Notes under the pieces: model-generated
Databases searched by the model: none
Told to the model about the DNA's origin: nothing
Seen by the model: only the letters and a program-made list of their open reading frames with translations
Translations under genes and position numbers: made by a program
Source: an uncultured Sedimentibacter sp.
Lineage (GTDB): Bacteria > Bacillota > Clostridia > Tissierellales > Sedimentibacteraceae
Assembly (NCBI GenBank): GCA_963675125.2
Contig: CAXXFT010000008.1
Coordinates: 238,258 to 262,257, forward strand
Length of the DNA: 24,000 nucleotides
Reading direction: 5' to 3'
In this document: piece by piece, positions 9,143 through 16,350 of the stretch
Layout of the letters: the number at the start of each line of letters is the position of its first letter
How positions within the stretch are numbered: position 1 is the stretch's first letter

Positions 9143-9170
9143 AGTATAGCACTTAAAAAAATTAAAACAA
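9143..9170 (-). promoter_or_regulatory. Candidate promoter for the GT2 gene (TTGTTT, 16-nt spacer, extended -10 TGcTATACT)
   Basis: Read on the minus strand, TGCTATACT lies at 9151-9143 and TTGTTT at 9170-9165. This is a motif match only. Confidence 0.3.
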
Positions 9171-9351
9171 TTAATAATTTCTTAATTTTTGTTGAAAACG
9201 GTTACTTTTATCTTTCTGTTATATATTTTGTAATAAAAATAAAAAAATATTATAAATATTTAAATTTTAGATGCTATAGCAATATTATTGCATTTGTCCG
9301 CATTCTTTATGCTAAAAAATAATGGAATAATTACCCAATTTTATAAATTGA

Positions 9352-9380
9352 TTGACATGAGTGGATAGTTACCTTATAAT
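9352..9380 (+). promoter_or_regulatory. Consensus sigma-A promoter for the CNNM/CorC-family gene
   Basis: TTGACA (9352-9357), an exactly 17-nt spacer, and TATAAT (9375-9380). This lies about 50 nt upstream of ATG 9432. Confidence 0.6.
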
Positions 9381-9431
9381 ATAAGCATGGATTTAATAGA
9401 AAAATTTTCAAATTAGGAGTGAATTACAATA

Positions 9432-10694
9432 ATGGAAAGTGACGGGATAAGTCAGATCATCATATTTTTTATATTAATTATACTATCAGCATTTTTTTCT
9501 GCTTCAGAAGTAGCATATACTAGCTTTAATAAATTACGTATGAAAAATTTAGCAGGAGCAGGCAATAAAAAGGCTGAACTAGCATTAAATTTATATGATG
9601 ATTATGATAAATTAATGTCAACTATACTTATTGGTAACAATATAGTTAATATAAGTGCTACAGTATTAGCAACAATTTTCTTTATGAATGTTTTTCGCAT
9701 TTCAGGTGCAACCGCATCTGCAGTTTTAATGATAGCAGTAGTATTAGTTTTTGGAGAAATAACACCAAAAGCTATTGCTAAAAAATCACCTGAAGGTTTT
9801 GCAATGTTTTCCGCACCTATAATTAGGGTTTTTGAAATTTTAATCTTACCTTTAAATTTATTATTTGTATTTTTAGTAAAATTTATAAATATAATTTTTA
9901 AATCAGAAGATTATCCTTTAACAACAGAAGATGAGTTAAGGACAATGATTGATGAGGTTGAACATGAGGGTGTTATTAATAAAACAGAAAGTGATTTGAT
10001 ACGTTCAGCCATTGAGTTTAACGATGTAGATGTCGAAGATATTTTCACACCTAGAATTGATATTGTTGGAGTTGATGAAGAAGATACTCTTGATTCTATT
10101 AAAAAAACATTTCTTGTTAGTGGGTATTCTAGGCTTCCTGTTTTTCAAAATAATATTGACCATATAACGGGTGTAATACATGAAAAGGATTTTTATCAGG
10201 CTATAAATAGAAATGAGAAAGATTTTAGAAAAATTATCTCAAGTGTTTTATATGTCACACCTAACAAAAAAATATCAGAACTTCTAAAAGATTTACAAGT
10301 TTCTAAAGCACATATGGCTATCGTTATAGATGAATACGGTGGAACAGCAGGACTTGTAACAATGGAAGATATTATTGAAGAGCTAGTTGGCGAGATTTGG
10401 GATGAACATGATGAAGTTATTGAATGGTTCAAAAAAATTGGAGAAGATAAATACCTTATTTCATGTAATGCAGATATAGATGATATGTTTGACTTATTTA
10501 ATATAGTGCCAGATGAAGAGATTGATGTTTCAACTGTAAATGGTTGGTTAACTATGATATTTGAAGAAATACCAGAAGAGGGCGGAAGAATAATATATAA
10601 AGATTTAGATATTACTGTTACAAAAGCAGAGGCTAAGAGAGTTTTAGAAATATGTGTTGAAAGAATTGATAACGAATGTGATATTACTGGATAA
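9432..10694 (+). CDS. CNNM/CorC-type membrane protein (DUF21 TM domain, CBS pair, CorC_HlyC domain; often annotated as a hemolysin-family or Mg/Co efflux protein)
   Basis: The protein is 420 aa. It has an N-terminal 4-TM DUF21-like region, a central CBS pair (IFTPRIDIVGVD ... AIVIDEYGGTAGLVTMEDIIEELVGEI) and a C-terminal transporter-associated domain. Confidence 0.85.
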   Translation: MESDGISQIIIFFILIILSAFFSASEVAYTSFNKLRMKNLAGAGNKKAELALNLYDDYDKLMSTILIGNNIVNISATVLATIFFMNVFRISGATASAVLMIAVVLVFGEITPKAIAKKSPEGFAMFSAPIIRVFEILILPLNLLFVFLVKFINIIFKSEDYPLTTEDELRTMIDEVEHEGVINKTESDLIRSAIEFNDVDVEDIFTPRIDIVGVDEEDTLDSIKKTFLVSGYSRLPVFQNNIDHITGVIHEKDFYQAINRNEKDFRKIISSVLYVTPNKKISELLKDLQVSKAHMAIVIDEYGGTAGLVTMEDIIEELVGEIWDEHDEVIEWFKKIGEDKYLISCNADIDDMFDLFNIVPDEEIDVSTVNGWLTMIFEEIPEEGGRIIYKDLDITVTKAEAKRVLEICVERIDNECDITG

Positions 10695-10754
10695 TCAATT
10701 TATTTCTTAAGATGATCTATAGCTTTAAAAATAAAATAATATGAATTTATGTAC

Positions 10755-10794
10755 AAATCAAACATAAGCTTTAATAGTATGTTTGATTTTTTTT
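10755..10794 (+). terminator. Rho-independent terminator after the CNNM gene
   Basis: AAATCAAACATA (10755-10766) pairs perfectly with TATGTTTGATTT (10778-10789) around an 11-nt loop. The T-run extends to 10794. Confidence 0.8.
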
Positions 10795-10822
10795 ATCCAA
10801 TTCACTGAAAGGAATGATATAA

Positions 10823-11398
10823 GTGAAAAAGGTTTGGTTTGGATTAATTGGTATTGGAATATTATTTTCTTTTATTAATGGTAAACCTGAAACAGTATCC
10901 AATGTCTTATTATATGATTTACAAAAATCAGTAGATTTAATTTTAGGTTTGATAAGCGTAATGGCATTTTGGTCAGGACTAATGAGAATAGTAGAGAAAT
11001 CAGGTATTTTAAATAGGATATCAAGGGCTATAAAGCCAGTCGTTAGAATTCTTTTCAGTGATATACAAAATAATACAAAAGCAATAAATGCAGTAATAAT
11101 GTGTATAGCTGCTAATATGTTTGGAATAGGTAACTCAGCTACAGCACTAGGAATAAAAGCAATGGAAGAAATGCAAAAGGGGAATAAGAATAAAAGCACT
11201 GCGTTAAATTCAATGTGCATGCTTTTAGTTATAAATATGTCATCAATACAATTGATACCTCTCACAATAATCAAAATGAGAGCTGATGCAGGTGCTCTAA
11301 ATCCTAACGACATAATTTTACCTACTATTGTGGCAACTTCCTTTTCGACTATCATTGCAATTTTATTTGCAAAATATTATGAAAGGAAAAGTTTATAA
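10823..11398 (+). CDS. spmA: Spore maturation protein A (nucleoside-recognition/Gate-domain membrane protein)
   Basis: This is a 191-aa polytopic protein (GLISVMAFWSGLMRIVEKSGI...) paired with spmB. The start is GTG. The stop overlaps the spmB ATG (ATAATG). Confidence 0.8.
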   Translation: MKKVWFGLIGIGILFSFINGKPETVSNVLLYDLQKSVDLILGLISVMAFWSGLMRIVEKSGILNRISRAIKPVVRILFSDIQNNTKAINAVIMCIAANMFGIGNSATALGIKAMEEMQKGNKNKSTALNSMCMLLVINMSSIQLIPLTIIKMRADAGALNPNDIILPTIVATSFSTIIAILFAKYYERKSL

Positions 11399-11913
11399 TG
11401 AGGTTATCTGATTTTATATTGCCAATTTTAATTGGAGGAATATTATTTTATGGCTTGATTAAAGAGGTAGATATATATTCGGAATTTATTGAAGGTGCCT
11501 TCGATGGTGCAAAATCAGCAGTAAAGATATTGCCATATATAATAGCAATAATATTTGCAATAAATTTATTTGTACAATCTGGTGCAGAAGAATTTATAGT
11601 AAAAATTTTATCACCAGTTACTTCATTAGTAGGATTTCCTCCAGAATTATTGTCGCTAATAATAGTTAAACCATTATCGGGTGGGGGATCGTATGGAGTG
11701 ATAAAAACACTGTTAGATAGCTATGGAGCCGATTCGTATATAGGTCGTTGTGCATCTGTTATAATGGGTTCTGCTGAAACAGTATTTTACACAGCGGCTG
11801 TCTATTTTGGTGCTGTAGGTATTAAAAATATAAGATACACTATTAAAGTAGGTTTAATAGCTCATGTAGCGTCTATAATAGCTGCACTGACGGTTTGTAA
11901 ATACATGTTCTAA
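11398..11913 (+). CDS. spmB: Spore maturation protein B
   Basis: This is a 171-aa polytopic protein (KPLSGGGSYGV..., GSAETVFYTAAVYFG). It is translationally coupled to spmA. Confidence 0.8.
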   Translation: MRLSDFILPILIGGILFYGLIKEVDIYSEFIEGAFDGAKSAVKILPYIIAIIFAINLFVQSGAEEFIVKILSPVTSLVGFPPELLSLIIVKPLSGGGSYGVIKTLLDSYGADSYIGRCASVIMGSAETVFYTAAVYFGAVGIKNIRYTIKVGLIAHVASIIAALTVCKYMF

Positions 11914-12051
11914 TTGAATAATAATTAGCACGTTGAATGGATTTAAAAACCTGATAAAAAATTACTACAAATATATAGATTTTCATATAACAATAATATA
12001 TAATTAAGCCTACGACTTAAGTTATAAACGACAAAACAGGAGGGCTTCTAG

Positions 12052-12783
12052 ATGAAAGGAAAAACAAAAGCATTCAAAGCTGCATTTCCATATACTATAC
12101 CTGTAATGCTTGGGTATTTGTTTATTGGAATAGCTTTTGGTGTTTTACTTGAGAATAAAGGATATAATTTTATATGGGCAATTATTATGAGTATGTTTAT
12201 ATACGCTGGGTCAATGCAATTTGTAGCAATTAATTTTTTTACTAGTGGAATAAGTATTATAAGTATTGCATTGATTACATTAATGGTTAATGTTAGACAT
12301 GTATTTTACGGACTTTCGATGATTGATAAATTTAAAGGCATGAAAGAGTTAAAGCCATATATGATATTTTCATTAACAGATGAAACATATTCGCTTTTGT
12401 GTTTGACTGATATACCTAAGGATGTAGATAAGAATTATTTTTTGTTTTTTATCGCGTTATTAAATCAGCTATATTGGATTATAGGATCATTCATTGGGTC
12501 AGTAGCAGGGTCGCTAATTACATTTAATTCTAAAGGAATAGATTTTGCAATGACATCTTTGTTTATAGTTATATTTGTGGAACAATGGTTGTTTTGTTCG
12601 TCACATTTATCTGCAATTATTGGTGTTATAGTAACAGTATTATGTTTAATTATTTTTGGGACAAGCAATTTCCTTTTGCCATCAATGATCCTAATTTTGT
12701 TGGTTTTGACAATTTTCAGAAGAAGAATAGAAGAAAAACTTAACATAGAAGAAAAAGAAGAAGAGGATGGTGTAGCTCAATGA
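12052..12783 (+). CDS. azlC: AzlC-family branched-chain amino acid transport protein
   Basis: This is a 243-aa polytopic protein with an AzlC-like N-terminus (FKAAFPYTIPVMLGYLFIGIAFGVL). A GGAGGG SD precedes the start. It overlaps azlD by 4 nt (ATGA). Confidence 0.8.
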   Translation: MKGKTKAFKAAFPYTIPVMLGYLFIGIAFGVLLENKGYNFIWAIIMSMFIYAGSMQFVAINFFTSGISIISIALITLMVNVRHVFYGLSMIDKFKGMKELKPYMIFSLTDETYSLLCLTDIPKDVDKNYFLFFIALLNQLYWIIGSFIGSVAGSLITFNSKGIDFAMTSLFIVIFVEQWLFCSSHLSAIIGVIVTVLCLIIFGTSNFLLPSMILILLVLTIFRRRIEEKLNIEEKEEEDGVAQ

Positions 12784-13112
12784 CAATTTCAGTTGGACAA
12801 TCATTATTTATAATAGCTGTAATAGCATTAATAACAGCATTAACTAGGGCATTGCCATTTTTAGTTTTTTCTAAAAATGAAGAAACGCCAGAATATATTA
12901 TATATATTGGTAAAGTTCTTCCTCCTGCAGTTATAGGAATGTTGATTGTGTATTGTTTAAAAAATATTTCAGTAATAAAGTTTCCTTTTGGTATACCAGA
13001 GTTTGTATCTGCATTGACGGTGGCTATTTTGCATTTATGGAAAAGAAATAATTTAATTAGTATTTTAGGTGGGACAATGTTGTATATGATTTTAGTTCAG
13101 TTTGTATTTTAG
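12780..13112 (+). CDS. azlD: AzlD-family branched-chain amino acid transport protein
   Basis: This is a 110-aa, roughly 4-TM protein in the canonical position directly after azlC, with a coupled start. Confidence 0.75.
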   Translation: MTISVGQSLFIIAVIALITALTRALPFLVFSKNEETPEYIIYIGKVLPPAVIGMLIVYCLKNISVIKFPFGIPEFVSALTVAILHLWKRNNLISILGGTMLYMILVQFVF

Positions 13113-13133
13113 AATAATGGTTGAATAATATGG

Positions 13134-13700
13134 TTATTCATTTTTAGATTTGATTTTTAGAGCATCTTGCCAGAATATGAATATACCTGATAAAAGGAAT
13201 ATATCGCCTATACTTATTGTTTTTGCAAAAGGATATGGCGGTGGAATTGTTATTATGTCACAAAGGATTTTAAAGCGTGTTGAGTCTGTTAGAATCGAAT
13301 GTATTAAATCTTGATTTGATTTAAGGAAAAGTATAGTGCTATTGCCATTTGCATATGCTTCAGAAATGTAAACAGGCATCTTAAAGTCATTAAATGCAAT
13401 AGCTATGAAATTTAATAGTGTTCCTATAAAAAATAGCTTCATGTAGCTCTTTTTATAATTTATAGCCGTTACATATAACAATGCAGGATAAATTATCCAA
13501 TTCATTGAAAGGATTTTAATTAAATCGTTGCTTTTGTAAATTTTAAACAAAAATACAGCAGTAATTTGTATTACTGCCATTATGATAAATAATTTGTATC
13601 CCCTTATATCGATATTAATATTTGAAAAATTAATTTGTCTGTTTCTTAAATATATTATTAGTAATGAAACTATAGATAATAATATTATTTCAGCAATCAT
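13134..13700 (-). CDS. DUF5317-like polytopic membrane protein of unknown function
   Basis: The protein is 188 aa with about 5 TM helices. The pattern NDFKMPV ... DxxxxPPPYPFAKTISIGDIFLLSG matches my memory of the DUF5317 family, which I cannot verify here. It starts 23 nt after the HD-GYP stop, with an AGGTGA SD. Confidence 0.6.
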   Translation of the reverse strand: MIAEIILLSIVSLLIIYLRNRQINFSNINIDIRGYKLFIIMAVIQITAVFLFKIYKSNDLIKILSMNWIIYPALLYVTAINYKKSYMKLFFIGTLLNFIAIAFNDFKMPVYISEAYANGNSTILFLKSNQDLIHSILTDSTRFKILCDIITIPPPYPFAKTISIGDIFLLSGIFIFWQDALKIKSKNE

Positions 13701-13723
13701 ATTGTCACCTAAAATATAAGATT

Positions 13724-15037
13724 TTAATAATTATTTATTATATTAAATGATTCTCTTAATGCAATAATAGCAACATCAACTATATCAGGGTTAAATTGGC
13801 TACCTGCATTTTCTTTTATTTCATGTAGGGCATACTCAAAATCAAGAGCATTTCTATATGGTCTATTTGTTGTCATAGCATCAAATGAATCAGCAATTGT
13901 CAATATAGATGTTTCAAGCGGTATTTTATCATGGGACAGACCATCAGGATAACCGCTACCATCATTTCTTTCGTGATGATGTCTTATTATTTCAGACATA
14001 TTTGATAGAAAGCTCAAATCAGATATTATTGTTGCGCCTATTTGAGGATGGCTTTTTATTACTTCAAACTCTTCTTTTTCTAGTTTACCTGTTTTATTCA
14101 AAATTCCTTTGTCAATACCTATTTTTCCTATATCATGAAGTAAACCAGCACTTTTAACTAAATCAATTTTGCTTTGTGGTAAATTAAGTTTTCTTGCTAT
14201 ATTTTCAGCATATGCACTTACTCTAACAGAATGTCCACTAGTATATGGGTCGTTTGCTTCTATAGTACGTATTAGCATATTAATTGATTCAAAGTAATTT
14301 TTTCTCATATCAAGGTATAATTTGAATGTATATCTTGCAAACATTAGTGGTATGAAGAATAGTACTATTCCACCTACACCGTAACTATCACAGCTAAATG
14401 CAATAACTATACCGAGGAGACTTACTAAAACAACGTTATATAGTATTCCTAAAATACTATTTTTCCATATATCAATAACTCTTTTATTTAATATTATAGA
14501 CATGAGTATTGCCATAAATAAACTGTTTAGAAAAATATAAATTATAAGTGAAAATACTGATGCTATTGGATTGAAAAAAACAAATCCAACGTCAATTGTT
14601 CTATCGGCAAATTCATAAACAATGCTACCAACCCCTGTGATAATTATATATTGACTAACGTTAAATAGTGTTTTATATATTGGGTTGTTAAAAATGTGAA
14701 CTCTTCCTTTCCCTTCAACGTAGGGACATCTTAATGCAACTCCTATCGATGATATTAATGCAACGGTTAATGGATCAGTTAATAAAATAGCAGAAAATGT
14801 TAACGCATAGCTTACAGATACAGCTCCTATTTTAGGCATAGGTATTAAAAAGGTTTCTGCCACTATACATAATATGGAGAAAACAATTAATAAGGTTTTG
14901 TCCGTAACATCATATGTTTTTATTAAAAATAAAAGAAAAATAAAAGCAACAAATGATATAGCACTAATGTACGCATATAAACTTGTGTTAGTTTTTGCTT
15001 TAGAACGACTGATTGTTCTTTTTATTTTAATATCCAT
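13724..15037 (-). CDS. HD-GYP domain phosphodiesterase with an N-terminal polytopic (about 7 TM) membrane domain
   Basis: The protein is 437 aa. Roughly the first 230 residues are hydrophobic helices. The C-terminal HD-GYP signature is present (SGHSVRV, LLHDIGKIGI, HHHERNDGSGYPDGL). A GGAGGAAG SD precedes ATG 15037. Confidence 0.9.
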   Translation of the reverse strand: MDIKIKRTISRSKAKTNTSLYAYISAISFVAFIFLLFLIKTYDVTDKTLLIVFSILCIVAETFLIPMPKIGAVSVSYALTFSAILLTDPLTVALISSIGVALRCPYVEGKGRVHIFNNPIYKTLFNVSQYIIITGVGSIVYEFADRTIDVGFVFFNPIASVFSLIIYIFLNSLFMAILMSIILNKRVIDIWKNSILGILYNVVLVSLLGIVIAFSCDSYGVGGIVLFFIPLMFARYTFKLYLDMRKNYFESINMLIRTIEANDPYTSGHSVRVSAYAENIARKLNLPQSKIDLVKSAGLLHDIGKIGIDKGILNKTGKLEKEEFEVIKSHPQIGATIISDLSFLSNMSEIIRHHHERNDGSGYPDGLSHDKIPLETSILTIADSFDAMTTNRPYRNALDFEYALHEIKENAGSQFNPDIVDVAIIALRESFNIINNY

Positions 15038-15075
15038 ACTTCCTCCATATATAATGAAGGGCTGACGTTTATATC

Positions 15076-15153
15076 TTATAACCAGCTCATGCCGGCACCA
15101 CTTGCTAATACTAAAGCTACTAAAGAAGCAATTAATGGCATTATTTTTTTCAT
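15076..15153 (-). CDS. 25-codon hydrophobic micro-ORF (MKKIMPLIASLVALVLASGAGMSWL), not in the ORF track
   Basis: Read by hand on the minus strand. The ATG is at 15153-15151, preceded by a perfect AGGAGGA (15167-15161) with a 7-nt spacing. TAA is at 15078-15076. It ends 38 nt before the HD-GYP start. It is predicted to form a single TM helix. There is no homology evidence. Confidence 0.4.
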   Translation of the reverse strand: MKKIMPLIASLVALVLASGAGMSWL

Positions 15154-15260
15154 TTGAAAATCCTCCTAATTAAGTCTCTGCTCGCTCGCTAATGGAACAG
15201 GAAGGATTCTCTTCGCTAGTTTTGTTTATGGTGTTAGTCAGCCCATATCATTTGTTAAAA

Positions 15261-15884
15261 CTATTCTTTATAACACAAACAAATTTTTCTGTTGATTGCA
15301 TTTAAGATAGATTTTACAGTTGAATCTATTCTGTTGTTAATTACAATAGAGGAGCCTACGAGAACATTTTCCTCGCCTCGGTCTATATGAGTGATTGCTG
15401 ATATAATTACTTCTTGCCCAGCTATTTTATGTACTTGGATGTCTTCGGAAATAAAGCATTCCAATCCTATAGAATTTTTAATAGCGTCAAGTGTTGCCAT
15501 TGCAGTTACTTTAAGAATATTTTTCTCCGATTTAATTCCACTTGATTCACCTGAATATTCTTTATCATTCCATGAAAGATTAACATGTATTTTTATGTAA
15601 TCAGAAGTAGTTTCGTTTGAATATCCGTCATAAACCAATCTGAAATCAGTATTTACAGATAGGTTTTTTATTATTTGCGCAACGCTTATTATTTTATAAT
15701 CAACTGTAATATTAAAGTTAGATAAAAGTGCGGAACGTACGTCTCTGGCAATTTGTTTAGTGTGTCTGCTGTTGTCTGATAAAACGTGAATTTCATTTAT
15801 AACATTGTTTTTATCAGCAATAATTTTACAAGACAATACAGACTTTATATTAGTCAAAAATGACTCTACTTCTTTAAAATCCAT
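15261..15884 (-). CDS. Soluble protein of unknown function (207 aa from the preferred start)
   Basis: The ORF is long, with good codon structure. The track's ATG at 15899 has no SD. Its codons 1-3 (ATGGAGGAA) instead supply a GGAGG 8 nt upstream of the in-frame ATG at 15884 (MDFKEVESF...), which I prefer. I recognise no catalytic motif. Confidence 0.75.
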   Translation of the reverse strand: MDFKEVESFLTNIKSVLSCKIIADKNNVINEIHVLSDNSRHTKQIARDVRSALLSNFNITVDYKIISVAQIIKNLSVNTDFRLVYDGYSNETTSDYIKIHVNLSWNDKEYSGESSGIKSEKNILKVTAMATLDAIKNSIGLECFISEDIQVHKIAGQEVIISAITHIDRGEENVLVGSSIVINNRIDSTVKSILNAINRKICLCYKE

Positions 15885-15926
15885 TAATCTTTCCTCCATG
15901 ATATTTAAATAACATTTAATTATGTC

Positions 15927-15955
15927 ATTATACTACAGAAATTACATAATTTCAA
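15927..15955 (-). promoter_or_regulatory. Strong sigma-A-type promoter for the 15884 gene (TTGAAA, 17-nt spacer, TATAAT)
   Basis: Read on the minus strand, TTGAAA lies at 15955-15950, followed by exactly 17 nt and then TATAAT at 15932-15927. This is about 40 nt upstream of the start codon. Confidence 0.5.
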
Positions 15956-15992
15956 CAAAAAAATAACATTTTTTGTTGGAATTATGTAATTT
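15939..15992. repeat. 54-bp near-perfect inverted repeat (24-bp arms, 6-nt centre) overlapping the -35 and spacer of the promoter above
   Basis: AAATTACATAATTTCAACAAAAAA (15939-15962) matches the reverse complement of TTTTTTGTTGGAATTATGTAATTT (15969-15992) at 23 of 24 positions. The single mismatch is at 15952/15979. Confidence 0.9.
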
Positions 15993-16002
15993 TTACATTG
16001 AA

Positions 16003-16035
16003 TTTGACAAACTTTGACAAAACTTGTTGCAAAAC
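16003..16035. repeat. Three phased, roughly 10-12-bp tandem units (TTTGACAAAC / TTTGACAAAAC / TTGTTGCAAAAC)
   Basis: Read directly from the sequence. The first two units are near-identical and each contains TTGACA. The third is degenerate. The period is about one helical turn. Confidence 0.6.
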
Positions 16036-16255
16036 AAAAATAATGTGTGAACACATGGGCAAACTTTTTCCTTATAACATCTTATGATCAGATGCAGTTT
16101 TTTTTATTCAGAAGAAAAAGAAAATAATATTAGTTTAATCAATAAATTAGAAACAGATGAGACATTAGTAATAGATAATGTATGGAAATCAGAGTTATAT
16201 AACATGATAGTGATGTCGTGTTTTTGTGATTAAAAAAATGTGGATACCCCTGGAG

Positions 16256-16316
16256 TCATACCTAGGGTGATATAAAAAATAATAATTTACTAAAAAATCA
16301 TACCTAGGGTGATATA
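16256..16316. repeat. Two perfect 19-bp direct repeats (TCATACCTAGGGTGATATA) with a 42-bp period
   Basis: The copies lie at 16256-16274 and 16298-16316, separated by the AT-only spacer AAAAATAATAATTTACTAAAAAA. Each copy has a CCTAGG core flanked by TCA...TGA partial dyad symmetry. The second copy overlaps a possible -35 for the lipoprotein gene. Confidence 0.9.
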
Positions 16317-16341
16317 CAAAGCAAATTATATAAAATATAAT
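16313..16341 (+). promoter_or_regulatory. Candidate promoter of the lipoprotein gene (TATACA, 17-nt spacer, TATAAT)
   Basis: TATAAT lies at 16336-16341 and a weak -35 (4/6 match) at 16313-16318. This is a motif match only, in very AT-rich DNA. Confidence 0.3.
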
Positions 16342-16350
16342 GATTTATAG

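Noticed and set aside
9279-9291. A 13-bp perfect palindrome, GCAATATTATTGC, about 60 bp upstream of the CNNM promoter. I also looked for an M-box or other riboswitch in the 5' UTR.
   Set aside because: Short AT-rich dyads are common in this DNA. The predicted 5' UTR is only about 50 nt, which is too short for known Mg2+ riboswitches.
10771-11355. Long antisense or alternative-frame ORFs in the track: 965-1360(-), 1878-2171(-), 2460-2771(-), 7804-8043(+), 10771-11355(-), 12465-12746(-), 17341-17649(+), 21126-21488(-), 21714-22214(-), 22554-23195(-), and the shorter ones.
   Set aside because: Each lies entirely within, and opposite to or out of frame with, a gene that has strong family motifs. 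Their translations are low-complexity and rich in I, F, S, N and K, as is typical of shadow ORFs in AT-rich DNA. None has a convincing SD sequence.
15059-15244. An 8-bp inverted repeat, GGGCTGAC (15059-15066) and GTCAGCCC (15237-15244), bracketing the micro-ORF. I considered it as mobile-element ends or a long-range RNA helix.
   Set aside because: It is only 8 bp long with about 170 nt between the arms. It shows no target-site duplication and no further terminal similarity. This is within chance expectation for the window.
16084-16233. A 49-codon plus-strand ORF (MIRCSFFYSEEKENNISLINKLETDETLVIDNVWKSELYNMIVMSCFCD) in the 15.9-16.4 kb spacer. I considered it as a small protein or a Cys-containing peptide precursor.
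   Set aside because: It has no Shine-Dalgarno sequence and no convincing promoter (the TTGACA boxes lack a well-spaced -10). There are no adjacent maturation or export genes and I recognise no family. It could be a gene remnant. It should be re-examined only if comparative or Ribo-seq data support it.
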